Source: Phycisphaerae bacterium (GTDB lineage: Bacteria; Planctomycetota; Phycisphaerae; UBA1845; Fen-1342). Taken from it: DNA of 64,000 nucleotides. Within the stretch, counting starts at the first letter, position 1; every line of letters begins with the position of its first letter. The stretch is from NCBI GenBank assembly GCA_963675745.2, contig CAXXWX010000017.1:1-64000 (forward strand), in the 5' to 3' direction. Position numbers and translations under genes: made by a program. This document shows, piece after piece, positions 33,444 through 43,805 of this stretch. The notes under the pieces were generated by a model. It saw only the letters and a program-made list of their open reading frames with translations, did no database searches and was not told where the DNA came from.

Positions 33444-36400
33444 CTAAGCACGCCGGCCACGGCGCGTGCGGATCATGCCGATCACCGATAGTGCGATCAG
33501 CGACGCGCTGGTCAGACCACACAGTGACGGTGCCGGCGGCACGACGGGCGTATTCGGCTCGGCTTCGTCACAGGCGTCGCCGATGCCGTCGCCGTCCGAA
33601 TCGGCCTGGTCGGCGTTGGATACGTCGACGCAGTTGTCAGTGCAGTCAGGCACGCCGTCACCGTCGCTGTCGGTATCGGCGTTGCCGCAACCACAATCAC
33701 CGGCCGCGATCTTGGCGGGATCGTCTGGGCAGCCGTCGCAGGCGTCGCCCGTTCCATCGCCGTCCGCATCTGCCTGGTCGGCGTTTGCGGCATTCGGGCA
33801 ATTATCGCAAGCGTCGCCAAGGCCGTCACCATCAGCGTCGGCCTGACTCATGTTGGCGGTATTCGGGCAGTTGTCGCAAGCGTCGCCCACACCGTCGAGG
33901 TCGCCATCGGCCTGGTCGGCGTTAGCGTCGGCCGAGCAGTTGTCGCAGGCGTCGCCGACCGTGTCCGCATCCGCATCGGCCTGATCGGCGTTGTCGGCAT
34001 TGGGACAGTTGTCGCAGGCATCGCCAAGGCCGTCCGAGTCGGCGTCGACCTGATCACCGTTGGCAACGTCGGGGCAGTTGTCACAGAGGTCGCCGACATC
34101 GTCATTGTCGCCGTCGGCCTGGTCGGCGTTATCGTCGGTCGAGCAATTGTCACAGGCGTCGCCGAACGCGTCCGCGTCGCTGTTGAGCTGGTCTTCGTTC
34201 GCGACACTCACGCAGTTGTCACACACGTCGCCGACGCCGTCGTCATCGGCATCGGCCTGGTCGCTGTTACCCACCGTTGGGCAGTTGTCGAGGCAGTCTG
34301 GCGTGCCGTCATTGTCGGTGTCGAGCAGGTCATCCTCACCCGGACACACGTCACAAGCGTCGCCGACCGTATCGGCGTCGGCATCGGCCTGGTCGGGGTT
34401 CCAGCGTCGCGCGCAGTTGTCGACCTCATCGATCGCGCCGTCGCCGTCGATGTCGGTATCGAACGTGACCGGGATCGCCTGCAGGCTGACATAGTCGGCA
34501 TTCACGTTGATCACGCCGTGGAACGGCGGCGTGAAGTCGTCGCCGGTCGGCATGGTGGCCGTGATCGTTACCTGCTCGGAGCCGTTGGCGGCGAGAGTGG
34601 CGAACATGGTGTCGCTGAGTGTGACGTTGGCATCAGGAACGGTCGCGCCGTTTACGGTGGCGACGTAGTCGATCGAGATGTTGTCGAGCGAGACGTTGCC
34701 GCCGACCTCGCTGACCGTCAGCGTCGGCAGCGTGACGGTCGCGCCATCGGTGACCGCAACGAGAAACTCCTCCGGCGTTACCTGCATGGTGGGAATCTCG
34801 CGCAGGTCATCGTCGGCGAGCAGCGTGAAGCCATCAAGATTCGTGGCGTTGATCTGCGTACCGAGTTTCTGGCCGTCGGTAATGGCCCCGTCAAAGTCGA
34901 CGCTGGTGACGACCTCGCCGTCATCGGTGCCCTGAACCGCGACGTCATAATTTCCGTCACTGGTGCCGACCAGCTCAACCGTGTATGTGCCGGCCTCGGT
35001 GATCGGCAGGGTGATGATCTGGCGCAGCCCTTCGGCGACCGGTCCGGGCGTCCAGGCCACCTCTTCGCCTTCGGCGTCCACGAGGCGGAAGGTCGCTCCG
35101 GGAATCTCGATCTCGAGCGTATCCGGATCGGTGTCATAGTTGACGCCCACATGCCGTCCCATCGTGTCATACAGGTGCAGGTCGGCGTGTGAGGCGAGGA
35201 TGATTGACATCGTCAGGTCGGCCCCCGGCGGCAGGGTGCGCGTTTGCAGGGACAGGATCGCCCAGGCCGTTCGCATGTCGGTGCTGCCCCAGCTTCCGCC
35301 GCTTGACCAGTAACCAGAAACGTGCTGCCGGGCTTCCAGCCACGCGATCATGTCCGCGAACCAGTCGTGCGGGCCGAGCAAAACCTTGTTGCTCATGACC
35401 ATGGCCTTGGACAGCGTCAAGGCGTAGTAGTAGTTGTAGCCGACCATGTAATTGGCATCGTCGGCAAGCCACGCCATCGCCCGCACCACGCGCTCATCCG
35501 TCTCGGCCACGCCGCAGAGCCGGTGGCTCCACACGCCGGCGGCGGTCATCGTGCCGGTTGGGCTGGCGCTGGTGTAGCCGGTACCCCAGAGCGGGTTGTT
35601 GGGGTCTTCCACTTGTGTGAAGTTCAGGTAGCCGTTGACCGGATCGGCGAATCGCGCCGGGACGTTGGGGTCGGTCGTGAACGGCGTTGCCTGCCCCGCG
35701 GGCACGTAAGCGTTGGTCTCGAGCTCGTTGGCGATCGACTCGTATCCCATGATCGGCCACTGTGAGTTCGAGTTGTCCGGGCGATTGCCCACGCCGTAGC
35801 CCCAGCCGCCGTACCACGTGTTGGTCGGAACGTAGTTAGCGGCGTTGGGCCAGACGCACCCTTCATGGAACTGCGTACGGCGGAACCAGTTGTACATGTC
35901 GTACAGGTCGTCGTAGTAGTCCGAATTGTGCGTGGCGACCAACGGCAGCGCGCAAATCGAGGTGTGATAGGTGAAGTGTGCGTTGTAGCCGGACTCACCG
36001 CCGTCGACGGCCCCGCGGAGCTGCATGTTGGGCGTGACGCCGTCGCCCTGCATGGCGTCGTCATTCAGGCGTTTTTGCTGAAGGATGTACTGGATGCCGG
36101 CGGCCACGACCGGGTCGGACGCCTCGCGATAGCCATCGTTCAGCATTGCGAGAACAGCCATGGCGGTATCGGATGGGTTGCCGCTCCATGAACCGTCCGC
36201 GCGCGGGCGTGTGCGGAGGTAGTCGATACCGTTCTTGATCATGCGCTGTTGCTTGTTGAGCGCCAGCACCGGCCCGTAGAGATCGCGGATGCAGTGTTCG
36301 CTTCCGGTAAAGCTCTTGCGGCCTTTGAACAGCGCGCCGTCGAAGACGAAAATCGGATAAGCTGGATCGCCGGCCGCGTTTGTGTAGCCGCAGTCTTTGG

Positions 36401-37658
36401 CCAGATAGCTCCAGGCGATCCCGGGGAACTCGTGCGTCACCGCGGTTGGGAATGAGGCCAGATTATCGAACTCGCTCTGGGGCCCCGCATCGGAGTACGT
36501 CGCGAGCCGCGCGTTGAGTATGCGCGGACCGCCGTTGTAGCTGACCAGCGAGAAATTGCCGGCGTCGTGGAAGTTCTCGACCACGATGTCGTCCGAGACG
36601 GCCGTATTGAATCCGGCCGCGAAGGTGTCCGGCGTGTAAGACGCCCAGGCGGTGTCGAGCGTGGCGGTTGAGGCCTGGCCGATGGTCATGTTTCGCGCCG
36701 CCGTGCCATAGCGGACCGAGACGATCTCGGTGGCCAGCGACAATCCCAGTCCGGTCAGATTGGCCACGTTCAGATCGGTGGAGGGCGTCTCGCCGATGAA
36801 CACGAGGTTGGCAACCGCCGGATTGAACAGCGCGCGGCCCTCGACGTCATTCGGCGCGTGCGCATAAGCGTATGCGGCGGCTTCGCCGACGGCGGCGGCC
36901 ACGCCACCGTTGGTGGTATAGTCGTTTGCGGCGCTGGCCAGCCAAGTGACCTGATCATCGCCATTGGCCAGGAGGGCGAGCACCGCGGGATCAGTCGGCA
37001 GGCAGACCCAGGCCTGGTCCCATTCGCCGTCCGAGACATACGTGTAGGTGCTGCTGATGATGTGGTAGGTGTAGCGTTTGAAGTAGCGGTGGTGATAGGT
37101 GCCGCCATCCACCACGGTCTGGACGCTGTGGTACTCGTAGCGTCCGCCGGCGTCCACACCCTCGGTCATTGTCGGGAGAGGCGCGTCCTCGGTATCCGCC
37201 ACCGTCGTGTCCTGCGACTGAGCGACCGCATCGACCTGGATCGTCGTCGAACACTGCACGCGGTAGAGGCCGGGCGTGGTGATCACGAAGCTTCCGGTGG
37301 TCGTGCCCCAGGCGATGTAGCGGGTCTCAACCAGCGTGTTGCCGCTGAAGACCTCGACCAGGATATCGGGGTTGTACGTGGCGAACGTGTGCGGTGCGTA
37401 CGGGCCGGGGTAGGTGTAGCCCGACCAGTCGGCCGCGAACCCCTCGTTGGGGTCGCTGCGCTGATACACGGTGGAAGACAGCGGTGACCAAGAATTCGGA
37501 TCCTGGTCGTAGCGGAACGTGCCGATCGTGTCACCGATCTGGTTGACCACCGAGACATTGAGATTGCCGGCGCCCCAGGCCGTGGCGCCCATCACCGCCA
37601 CCAGCGGTAATGTCAGTAGTGCGGTTAAGACTCGCGATTGATGTAGTCTTCGACGCAT
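33444..37658 (-). CDS. Large surface protein: prenyltransferase/squalene-oxidase-like alpha/alpha barrel, about 13 thrombospondin type-3 repeats, C-terminal Cys-TM-Arg anchor
   Basis: Start at ATG 37658 (SD GGAGG, signal peptide ending AWG); GIDYL..DGSW, GGWGY..DNSNSQW, WLEARQ..GYW; DNCP..N.DQADADGDGVGDACD repeats; tail SLCGLTSASLIALSVIGMIRTRRGRRA. Confidence 0.85.
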   Translation of the reverse strand: MRRRLHQSRVLTALLTLPLVAVMGATAWGAGNLNVSVVNQIGDTIGTFRYDQDPNSWSPLSSTVYQRSDPNEGFAADWSGYTYPGPYAPHTFATYNPDILVEVFSGNTLVETRYIAWGTTTGSFVITTPGLYRVQCSTTIQVDAVAQSQDTTVADTEDAPLPTMTEGVDAGGRYEYHSVQTVVDGGTYHHRYFKRYTYHIISSTYTYVSDGEWDQAWVCLPTDPAVLALLANGDDQVTWLASAANDYTTNGGVAAAVGEAAAYAYAHAPNDVEGRALFNPAVANLVFIGETPSTDLNVANLTGLGLSLATEIVSVRYGTAARNMTIGQASTATLDTAWASYTPDTFAAGFNTAVSDDIVVENFHDAGNFSLVSYNGGPRILNARLATYSDAGPQSEFDNLASFPTAVTHEFPGIAWSYLAKDCGYTNAAGDPAYPIFVFDGALFKGRKSFTGSEHCIRDLYGPVLALNKQQRMIKNGIDYLRTRPRADGSWSGNPSDTAMAVLAMLNDGYREASDPVVAAGIQYILQQKRLNDDAMQGDGVTPNMQLRGAVDGGESGYNAHFTYHTSICALPLVATHNSDYYDDLYDMYNWFRRTQFHEGCVWPNAANYVPTNTWYGGWGYGVGNRPDNSNSQWPIMGYESIANELETNAYVPAGQATPFTTDPNVPARFADPVNGYLNFTQVEDPNNPLWGTGYTSASPTGTMTAAGVWSHRLCGVAETDERVVRAMAWLADDANYMVGYNYYYALTLSKAMVMSNKVLLGPHDWFADMIAWLEARQHVSGYWSSGGSWGSTDMRTAWAILSLQTRTLPPGADLTMSIILASHADLHLYDTMGRHVGVNYDTDPDTLEIEIPGATFRLVDAEGEEVAWTPGPVAEGLRQIITLPITEAGTYTVELVGTSDGNYDVAVQGTDDGEVVTSVDFDGAITDGQKLGTQINATNLDGFTLLADDDLREIPTMQVTPEEFLVAVTDGATVTLPTLTVSEVGGNVSLDNISIDYVATVNGATVPDANVTLSDTMFATLAANGSEQVTITATMPTGDDFTPPFHGVINVNADYVSLQAIPVTFDTDIDGDGAIDEVDNCARRWNPDQADADADTVGDACDVCPGEDDLLDTDNDGTPDCLDNCPTVGNSDQADADDDGVGDVCDNCVSVANEDQLNSDADAFGDACDNCSTDDNADQADGDNDDVGDLCDNCPDVANGDQVDADSDGLGDACDNCPNADNADQADADADTVGDACDNCSADANADQADGDLDGVGDACDNCPNTANMSQADADGDGLGDACDNCPNAANADQADADGDGTGDACDGCPDDPAKIAAGDCGCGNADTDSDGDGVPDCTDNCVDVSNADQADSDGDGIGDACDEAEPNTPVVPPAPSLCGLTSASLIALSVIGMIRTRRGRRA

Positions 37659-38272
37659 CGGGCATCCTCCTTTTCCGAGCGTAATCTGCCGGGAAGCCCA
37701 GCAGTGCCCATCACGCATCGCGCCGGCACCGCTTCCCGCACATCTGCATGTCGTGTCAATACCCGGGGCAATCCGGCCCCACGCGAATTCCATCCCGCGC
37801 CTTCACCCACCGATGGCACGGATTTGGATTTCAGAAATGACTCGGAAATGGGCCCAGGCCCACGGACTGAAGCACGTTGTTTGGCCAAGGCCCCCAAAGC
37901 TCACACCCCTTTGTAACGCCGCGCGGTTGGCGCACACAGCGCGACAGCTTACCGCACGACCGAGTAAATCACGTCACACGTTGGCCCGACTACTGAAGTT
38001 TGCAATGACTCGCTCGCGAACGCAGCACATGGTCGGCCGGATCGTACCGACACAAAATCAGACGGGTACCCTACTAACCGACCATTCAGGATATCCGTTG
38101 CCATCGACCGATGCAAGATAACCGCCGTCGATGGCGCCGGCAGAAAAGCCGGGAACCGGTGGGCCGCATTCGGCGTCAAAGGAGAGCGGGCAACAGTGAT
38201 CTTGGGGGGCACGACTGTCATGGGGCGGCCGTGCCGTGATATGCTGAAACGCCGAAGACGGAGGTGTGGTCG

Positions 38273-39490
38273 ATGATTACGACACGTGAAACCGGTCTGG
38301 TTGTGACCCTGGTGCTGATGGGGGCGAATGCGATGGCTGCTGAAAAGGCGATCGACGGCGCCGAACTCGCGCGCGCCAACACGCAGTTTGCCGTGGAGCT
38401 TTACCAGCAACTGCGCGCCGAGCAGGGCAATCTGTGCTTCTCTCCATTCAGCATGTCGACGGCGCTGGGAATGACCTATGCCGGCGCTCGCGAGCAGACG
38501 GCCCGGGAGATGGCCCAAACGCTGCACTTCCCGGCCGATCACGAGCGGCTGCACCCGGCATTTGACGAGCTGTTGACGCGGCTTAAGGTGCCGGGCGGCG
38601 AACAGGGACCCGAGCTGTACCTGGCCAACGCGCTCTGGCCACAGCAGGAGTACGCGTTCCTACCCGCGTTCCTGGCGCTCGCAGATGAGCACTATCACGC
38701 GCAATCCACGGCGGTTGACTACGTCAACGCCAACGAGCAGGCCCGCCTGACAATCAATGAATGGGCCTCCGAGCAGACCAACGGGAAGATCAAGGATCTG
38801 CTGCGGCCGGGTATTCTCAACAAGCTCACGCGCCTGGTGCTGACCAACGCGATCTACTTCAAGGGCGATTGGGCGGCGCAGTTTGACGCCAAGCAGACGC
38901 GCGAAGCGCCGTTCAAGCTCGTGGACGCGGCCACGACGCAATGTCAACTCATGAACCAGACGGGAACCTATGGTTACCTCGAGCGGCCGGCGTTTGAGGC
39001 GGTCGAGTTGCCCTATGCGGGCGACCGGCTGTCATTTGTTGTCCTGCTGCCGCGCGCGCACGACGGCATCGCCAAACTCGAATCGACGCTGACCGGGGCC
39101 AAGCTCACCGAGTGGATCGGGGAGCTGCGGCCGCGGAAGGTAAAGCTCAGCCTGCCCCGCTTCAACGCCACGTCGGCTCTGCGGCTGGACAAAGTGCTGA
39201 TCAAGATGGGCATGCCGACGGCGTTTGATGCCAGCGGTGAGCGACCCGATTTCTCGGGCCTCGACGGTACACGCGACTTGTTTATTACCGCTGTCGTACA
39301 CAAGGCCTTCATGGAGATCAACGAGCAAGGCGCCGAGGCGGCGGCCGCAAGCGCCGTGGTGATAGGCAAGCGCTCCGCGCCCACGCCGCCGGCGGTCTTT
39401 TGCGCGGACCACCCGTTCATCTACCTGCTCCGCGATCGCCAGACGGGCACCATCCTCTTCCTCGGTCGGCTGATGGATCCGGGCGCATAG
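38273..39490 (+). CDS. Serpin (serine protease inhibitor), secreted
   Basis: NLCFSPFS, YAGAR, NAIYFKGDW, hinge NEQGAEAAAAS, signature FCADHPFIYLL..ILFLGRL..P; extended -10 TGaTATGCT upstream. Confidence 0.93.
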   Translation: MITTRETGLVVTLVLMGANAMAAEKAIDGAELARANTQFAVELYQQLRAEQGNLCFSPFSMSTALGMTYAGAREQTAREMAQTLHFPADHERLHPAFDELLTRLKVPGGEQGPELYLANALWPQQEYAFLPAFLALADEHYHAQSTAVDYVNANEQARLTINEWASEQTNGKIKDLLRPGILNKLTRLVLTNAIYFKGDWAAQFDAKQTREAPFKLVDAATTQCQLMNQTGTYGYLERPAFEAVELPYAGDRLSFVVLLPRAHDGIAKLESTLTGAKLTEWIGELRPRKVKLSLPRFNATSALRLDKVLIKMGMPTAFDASGERPDFSGLDGTRDLFITAVVHKAFMEINEQGAEAAAASAVVIGKRSAPTPPAVFCADHPFIYLLRDRQTGTILFLGRLMDPGA

Positions 39491-39659
39491 CCGCGGTGCC
39501 GCTCAGTCGCCGGCGCCGCGCAGGCGAAGCGTAGGTCGAGTAGGGCAGGTCGAGCGCAGCGAGGCCTGCCGCTGAGAGCTATGCCCCGAGCAGAGGACCA
39601 TCGTGTCATGTCAGCTTGACAGGCTGGCCCGCTAGCCCCAGAATCGGCAAGCCACTTGA

Positions 39660-41810
39660 ATGAAGGGGTTTATTATGGCTGTCAAACAGATTGTCCGTCC
39701 GGTTCTGATGGTACTGGCGGGGTTTGGTGTGGCGCTGGACGCCTACGCCGACTGGGTCATGTTACGCGATGGCACGCGCATCGAAGACTGTTATGTGCGC
39801 GATGAGGGTGTGCGCCTGCTGGTGTGGGAGGATATGACCGACGTCGGCACCGAGCGCGTCCGTGTCGTGCCACGCTGGGAACTCGCCGATACTGAGCGGC
39901 CTTTCAAGGTAGAGCGCGACCCGGCGATCTGGGACAAGCAGCCACCACTGCCCGACCTGACGATCACGCACATCGAGCTGAGCCCGCGCTTGCCCGGTTT
40001 GCACGGCAAGGTTCCCTACGACAAATGGGGCCGGCCGAAAATCGCCGGCTCTTCGCGCTTTCACGAGCTCGAAGGCGAAGCGGCTTACATGGAGCCGGAG
40101 ACGATTGTCGGCGACGTCAAGTTCCGGTACGAGCCGGGACAAGAGATCACCATGATCGCTCATGTGCGCAACATCGGCTTCGCGACGGCCAAACCGTTCT
40201 CGTATGTCTGGATGATTGATGACGAGGAGCTGGCATGCGGCAAGTATGACAAGCCCTGTGCCGAGATGGAGATCGTCAAGTTCGAGCAGAAGTGGCGCTG
40301 GAAGGATGGCTTTCACCATGTCACGTTCCGGATTGAGGCCTTCGAGCCGGAAATCGCGACGATCAACAACGCGCTGAAAGATCCGCTCTGGGGCTTTGCG
40401 CTGACCTACGTCGTGAGCAGCGGCCGTGCCGCCGCCTGGCACGATTTTCGCTCCGCCTATGGCACGTTCTCGTTCGAGGACTTCTATCGCTGGCACATCG
40501 ATATCATGAACCTGCTGTTCGAAAAGAGCGTCTATCCGTCCACGCCGAACGGTATTAGAGCCCGCGTGCGCCTCGACCGGCTGATATACGCCGACAAGGT
40601 GCAGAACAACGTTCCGTGGGTGGACGGCAAGGAAGCGCCGCTGGGACGCGATGACGGGTTGCGCTACGACCAGGGTGGCTGGTTCTGGAACGACAGTGAC
40701 GAGGAGCTCACCACCGGCAAGTGGATTCAGGTCAACCCGGAGTGGCGCAACGCCACCGAATGGTCGTTGCCGCATGAGCTCGGCCACCAGTTGGGACTCG
40801 TTGATTGGTACGCACTCGATTTCCCCGGCGGTGACCGCCACGTGGCGGCGGACAATGGTGAGCCGATCGCGCATTTCATGCGGCATCCCGTGATGATGAT
40901 GCACTGGCACGGTCCGCAGGTTTACGGCGAAGTTGATGCGGCGTATCTGGATCAGACCTGGGACAAACCGCGCGGCTATTTTGGTGACATGTACTTCGCG
41001 ATGCCGCGCGAGTGTTATCTAAAGGTTGTGGATATCAACGGCGAGGGTGTGCCGGGCGCGCTGGTGGAGATCTTCCAACGCGGCACCAAGCTCGATCCGG
41101 ACGGCAAACCCGCGGTGGATCACGGCGTCAAGTACTTCCCGGTCATCGAAGACGGCGACTTCTACAGCGAGCAGGTGCAGCAGGTCACAAAGCAGCCGGT
41201 CATCGTGGGGACCACCGATGACGATGGCCTTCTTCGATTGCCCAATCGGCCGGTGAAAGAAGTACGCACGCTGAACGGCTACCATCGTCGGCCGAATCCG
41301 TTTGGAAACATGAATGTGGTCGGCCAGCGGCAGTTGATGATGGTCAGAGTCACAGAGCATGACCAGCCCTGCCACTTTTTCCTCGAGGGGCACGACTTCG
41401 TTGCCGCCTGGTATCGCGGTCACAAGGAGCGCTACACGACGCGGTTGCAGACGCCTTACGGGTCGGTGGACTCGCCGCCGCCGCCGGCGGACGTGCGGGT
41501 GACGCGGGTTGACGAACACCACGCCCGCGTCTCGTGGAGCCGTCCCGACATCGGCGGCGAATACAACGCCACCTATCTGCAGCAGCCGATCGGCTATCGC
41601 GTCTACCGACGTATCGGCAATGACGGGTTGAGTGATCGCCCGTGGTTCAGCGTGGGGACGGTCGGTCCGGAGACGTTCGAGCTGGTCATAGATCTGCGCG
41701 ATCAGCCCAAAGACTATTACTGGTTCTCAAAGGTAAACCGGATCGCGGTGTCCACACTGGCGGGGACATCCCGGCAGAGTGCGCTGAGCACGGCGGTGGT
41801 GTTGGAGTAG
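39660..41810 (+). CDS. Secreted hypothetical protein with a CARDB-like domain, an HExxH zinc motif and an FN3-like C-terminus
   Basis: Signal peptide AYA-D; LPDLTITHI..AHVRNIG..INN; HELGHQLGLVDWY; PPADVRV..VSWS..GYRVYR. Confidence 0.65.
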   Translation: MKGFIMAVKQIVRPVLMVLAGFGVALDAYADWVMLRDGTRIEDCYVRDEGVRLLVWEDMTDVGTERVRVVPRWELADTERPFKVERDPAIWDKQPPLPDLTITHIELSPRLPGLHGKVPYDKWGRPKIAGSSRFHELEGEAAYMEPETIVGDVKFRYEPGQEITMIAHVRNIGFATAKPFSYVWMIDDEELACGKYDKPCAEMEIVKFEQKWRWKDGFHHVTFRIEAFEPEIATINNALKDPLWGFALTYVVSSGRAAAWHDFRSAYGTFSFEDFYRWHIDIMNLLFEKSVYPSTPNGIRARVRLDRLIYADKVQNNVPWVDGKEAPLGRDDGLRYDQGGWFWNDSDEELTTGKWIQVNPEWRNATEWSLPHELGHQLGLVDWYALDFPGGDRHVAADNGEPIAHFMRHPVMMMHWHGPQVYGEVDAAYLDQTWDKPRGYFGDMYFAMPRECYLKVVDINGEGVPGALVEIFQRGTKLDPDGKPAVDHGVKYFPVIEDGDFYSEQVQQVTKQPVIVGTTDDDGLLRLPNRPVKEVRTLNGYHRRPNPFGNMNVVGQRQLMMVRVTEHDQPCHFFLEGHDFVAAWYRGHKERYTTRLQTPYGSVDSPPPPADVRVTRVDEHHARVSWSRPDIGGEYNATYLQQPIGYRVYRRIGNDGLSDRPWFSVGTVGPETFELVIDLRDQPKDYYWFSKVNRIAVSTLAGTSRQSALSTAVVLE

Positions 41811-41864
41811 CCGCGCCAGTCGAGCGCTTGGAGGAATACCGGGTCAGCGCGTTCTTCCGTATTG

Positions 41865-41950
41865 CGCAGCGGCCGACCCCCGAGTCGACCGTGACGTCGA
41901 GAGACTTCTCGCGGGCTAAGCACGTCCGACTCGGGGGTCAGACGCTACGG
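41865..41950. repeat. GTAG-REP pair between convergent genes
   Basis: GCAGCGGCCGACCCCCGAGTCGACCGT and ACGTCCGACTCGGGGGTCAGACGCTAC. Confidence 0.7.
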
Positions 41951-42060
41951 GCAAACGCAGTCTGCTCTAAACGCAAAGCGGCCGGCGCCGGTGAGACGCC
42001 GACCGCTCTGCTTCATGGGATCGAGAGTGTTGGGCAATCTCGATAGGGGCCAAGCAGCGA

Positions 42061-43785
42061 CTATTCGCGCGTCATGTACGTCTTGTACAAACTGGGTTCG
42101 TCGGCCTTGAAGTCTGCTTCGCTGGCGAATTCGTACGTGACCTTCTTGCCGCCTTCCTCGATGGTCAACTCGATCGAGCCGTCTTCATTCTTGATGATGC
42201 GGACGGACTTCGTGGCGCGCTCGGTTCGCACATCGGTATCCACGCCGCGCCGGGCGCTGCGTTGCGCCTCGCGTACCGCCTTTTCGATTTGTTCCTGAAC
42301 CTCCTGGGAGTCGAGTGCCTTCGCCTTGGTATCAATGATGATCTTTCGGGCGTCTTTCAGGCGATTGGTGGCGTCATTAAACTGCCTGGTGGCGTCATCG
42401 AACTGCTTGTGGGCGTCGTCAAACTGCTTGCGAAGATGGACGTCGAATTGCTTGCGCAAACCGGGCAGCGCGCCGGCGCCGGGCTGAGTGAAGATCCACT
42501 CGGTCGCGCCATAGCCGGAGTATTCCCGGTATCGTTCGTACGTCTCGGGATCATCCTTCTTGAACTCTTCGACGTCGTCGTAGACCTTGCGGACTTCATT
42601 GCCATCTTCGTCGGTGCGCTCGACGGTGACCGAGCCATCCGCGTCGCGCTTGATTGAGAGCGCGCCATCGTCGTCCGACACGACAATGCTGATTACCACA
42701 GAGGCATCATCTTCAGCTCCGCGTCCGAACCTGAAATTGTGCTCGCCATCGTTGCCGAACCACATCATGCCGTGTTGGGCGTCCGGTACCATGTGCTTGA
42801 ACACCTGTGGCCTGATCACTTTGAGTTCGACGTCCAGATCCTTCAGCATCTCAGGCAGCTCTTCGAGCTCTCCCAGCTCCTTCAAGAGCCAGTTGCCTTG
42901 CGCGTCCCGGTCGAGCTTGAGACCGCGTATGTCCATCGACTCTTCGATGAACGGGACGTCGGCTTCCTCGTATTTCCACTGCGGGACAAAACCCTGCTTG
43001 CGCTTGGTGGGGGTAAGCCGCAGCACGCGCTCGTCGCCGCCGCGGACAACGCCGATCTTGGTCGTTTCGGCGCCGGCCGCGCTGATGGCTTCCAAAAGAT
43101 CCTCGGTGGAGTTGATGGCGCTGCCGCCGAACGAGCGGATGATGTCGTATCGTTCGAGGCCGGCATCGTCGGCCGGGCTGTCGACCACGATGTTGTCGAT
43201 CATGACGCCATCACCACTGACGTGCGCGGCGAGGGCTTCCGGAATAGGCGTGCAGCGCACGCCGATCCAGATCGGCGGGAACTCCATGACTTGTACCGGC
43301 TTCGCCTCATCCATCGCCTGCACAGCGACGTTGGGGGCGGCGCCAACGGCGTAGTAATACGCCTGCGGGCCGGCGAGCTTCTCACACAAGACCTTTGGGA
43401 CGGCGGCACCGGCCGCTGCCACGCCCCGCGGGCCGACACAAATCGACTTCGCCGCGCCCGAGTCGCCGGCCTCACACGTCACGATGCAAACGGCTTGCGC
43501 GGCGTCGCCGGCGCCGGGCGCGCATTTGATTACGCGCTGAATCTTCTTGCAGTCGGCGTCGTTGGGCTTGCAGGTTGCGGCGCAGCTTGCTTTGGCGCAG
43601 CAGGCAGCGGTTGCCCGCTTGTCGACGATCACGCGGGCCGCCTTATCGGCACTGCACTCATCGCCCGACTTGATGACGACGACCTTGACCTGTTCATCCG
43701 CCGGGTCGGCCGCTAGCTTGACGATGGCGTCGGCCTGGGCGGCGACCAATACTGGAATGACCATACATATGACGAATCGAATCAT
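42061..43785 (-). CDS. Secreted PDZ-domain protein without a protease domain
   Basis: Signal peptide; WIGV..GVMIDNIVVDSPADDAGLERYDII..VVRGG PDZ; duplicated C-terminal motif; SD AGGAG. Confidence 0.75.
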   Translation of the reverse strand: MIRFVICMVIPVLVAAQADAIVKLAADPADEQVKVVVIKSGDECSADKAARVIVDKRATAACCAKASCAATCKPNDADCKKIQRVIKCAPGAGDAAQAVCIVTCEAGDSGAAKSICVGPRGVAAAGAAVPKVLCEKLAGPQAYYYAVGAAPNVAVQAMDEAKPVQVMEFPPIWIGVRCTPIPEALAAHVSGDGVMIDNIVVDSPADDAGLERYDIIRSFGGSAINSTEDLLEAISAAGAETTKIGVVRGGDERVLRLTPTKRKQGFVPQWKYEEADVPFIEESMDIRGLKLDRDAQGNWLLKELGELEELPEMLKDLDVELKVIRPQVFKHMVPDAQHGMMWFGNDGEHNFRFGRGAEDDASVVISIVVSDDDGALSIKRDADGSVTVERTDEDGNEVRKVYDDVEEFKKDDPETYERYREYSGYGATEWIFTQPGAGALPGLRKQFDVHLRKQFDDAHKQFDDATRQFNDATNRLKDARKIIIDTKAKALDSQEVQEQIEKAVREAQRSARRGVDTDVRTERATKSVRIIKNEDGSIELTIEEGGKKVTYEFASEADFKADEPSLYKTYMTRE

Positions 43786-43805
43786 GTTGAGTTACTCCTG
43801 TTTGC

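Noticed and set aside
37752..37782. Additional copy of the CGTGTCA promoter motif
   Set aside because: It has CGTGTCAA but lacks the TCTATCA box at the fixed spacing.
39762..40910. Long antisense ORFs (also 28547-29500, 42739-43716, 52624-53574, 54324-55409)
   Set aside because: Shadow ORFs expected from GC-rich codon bias opposite well-supported genes.
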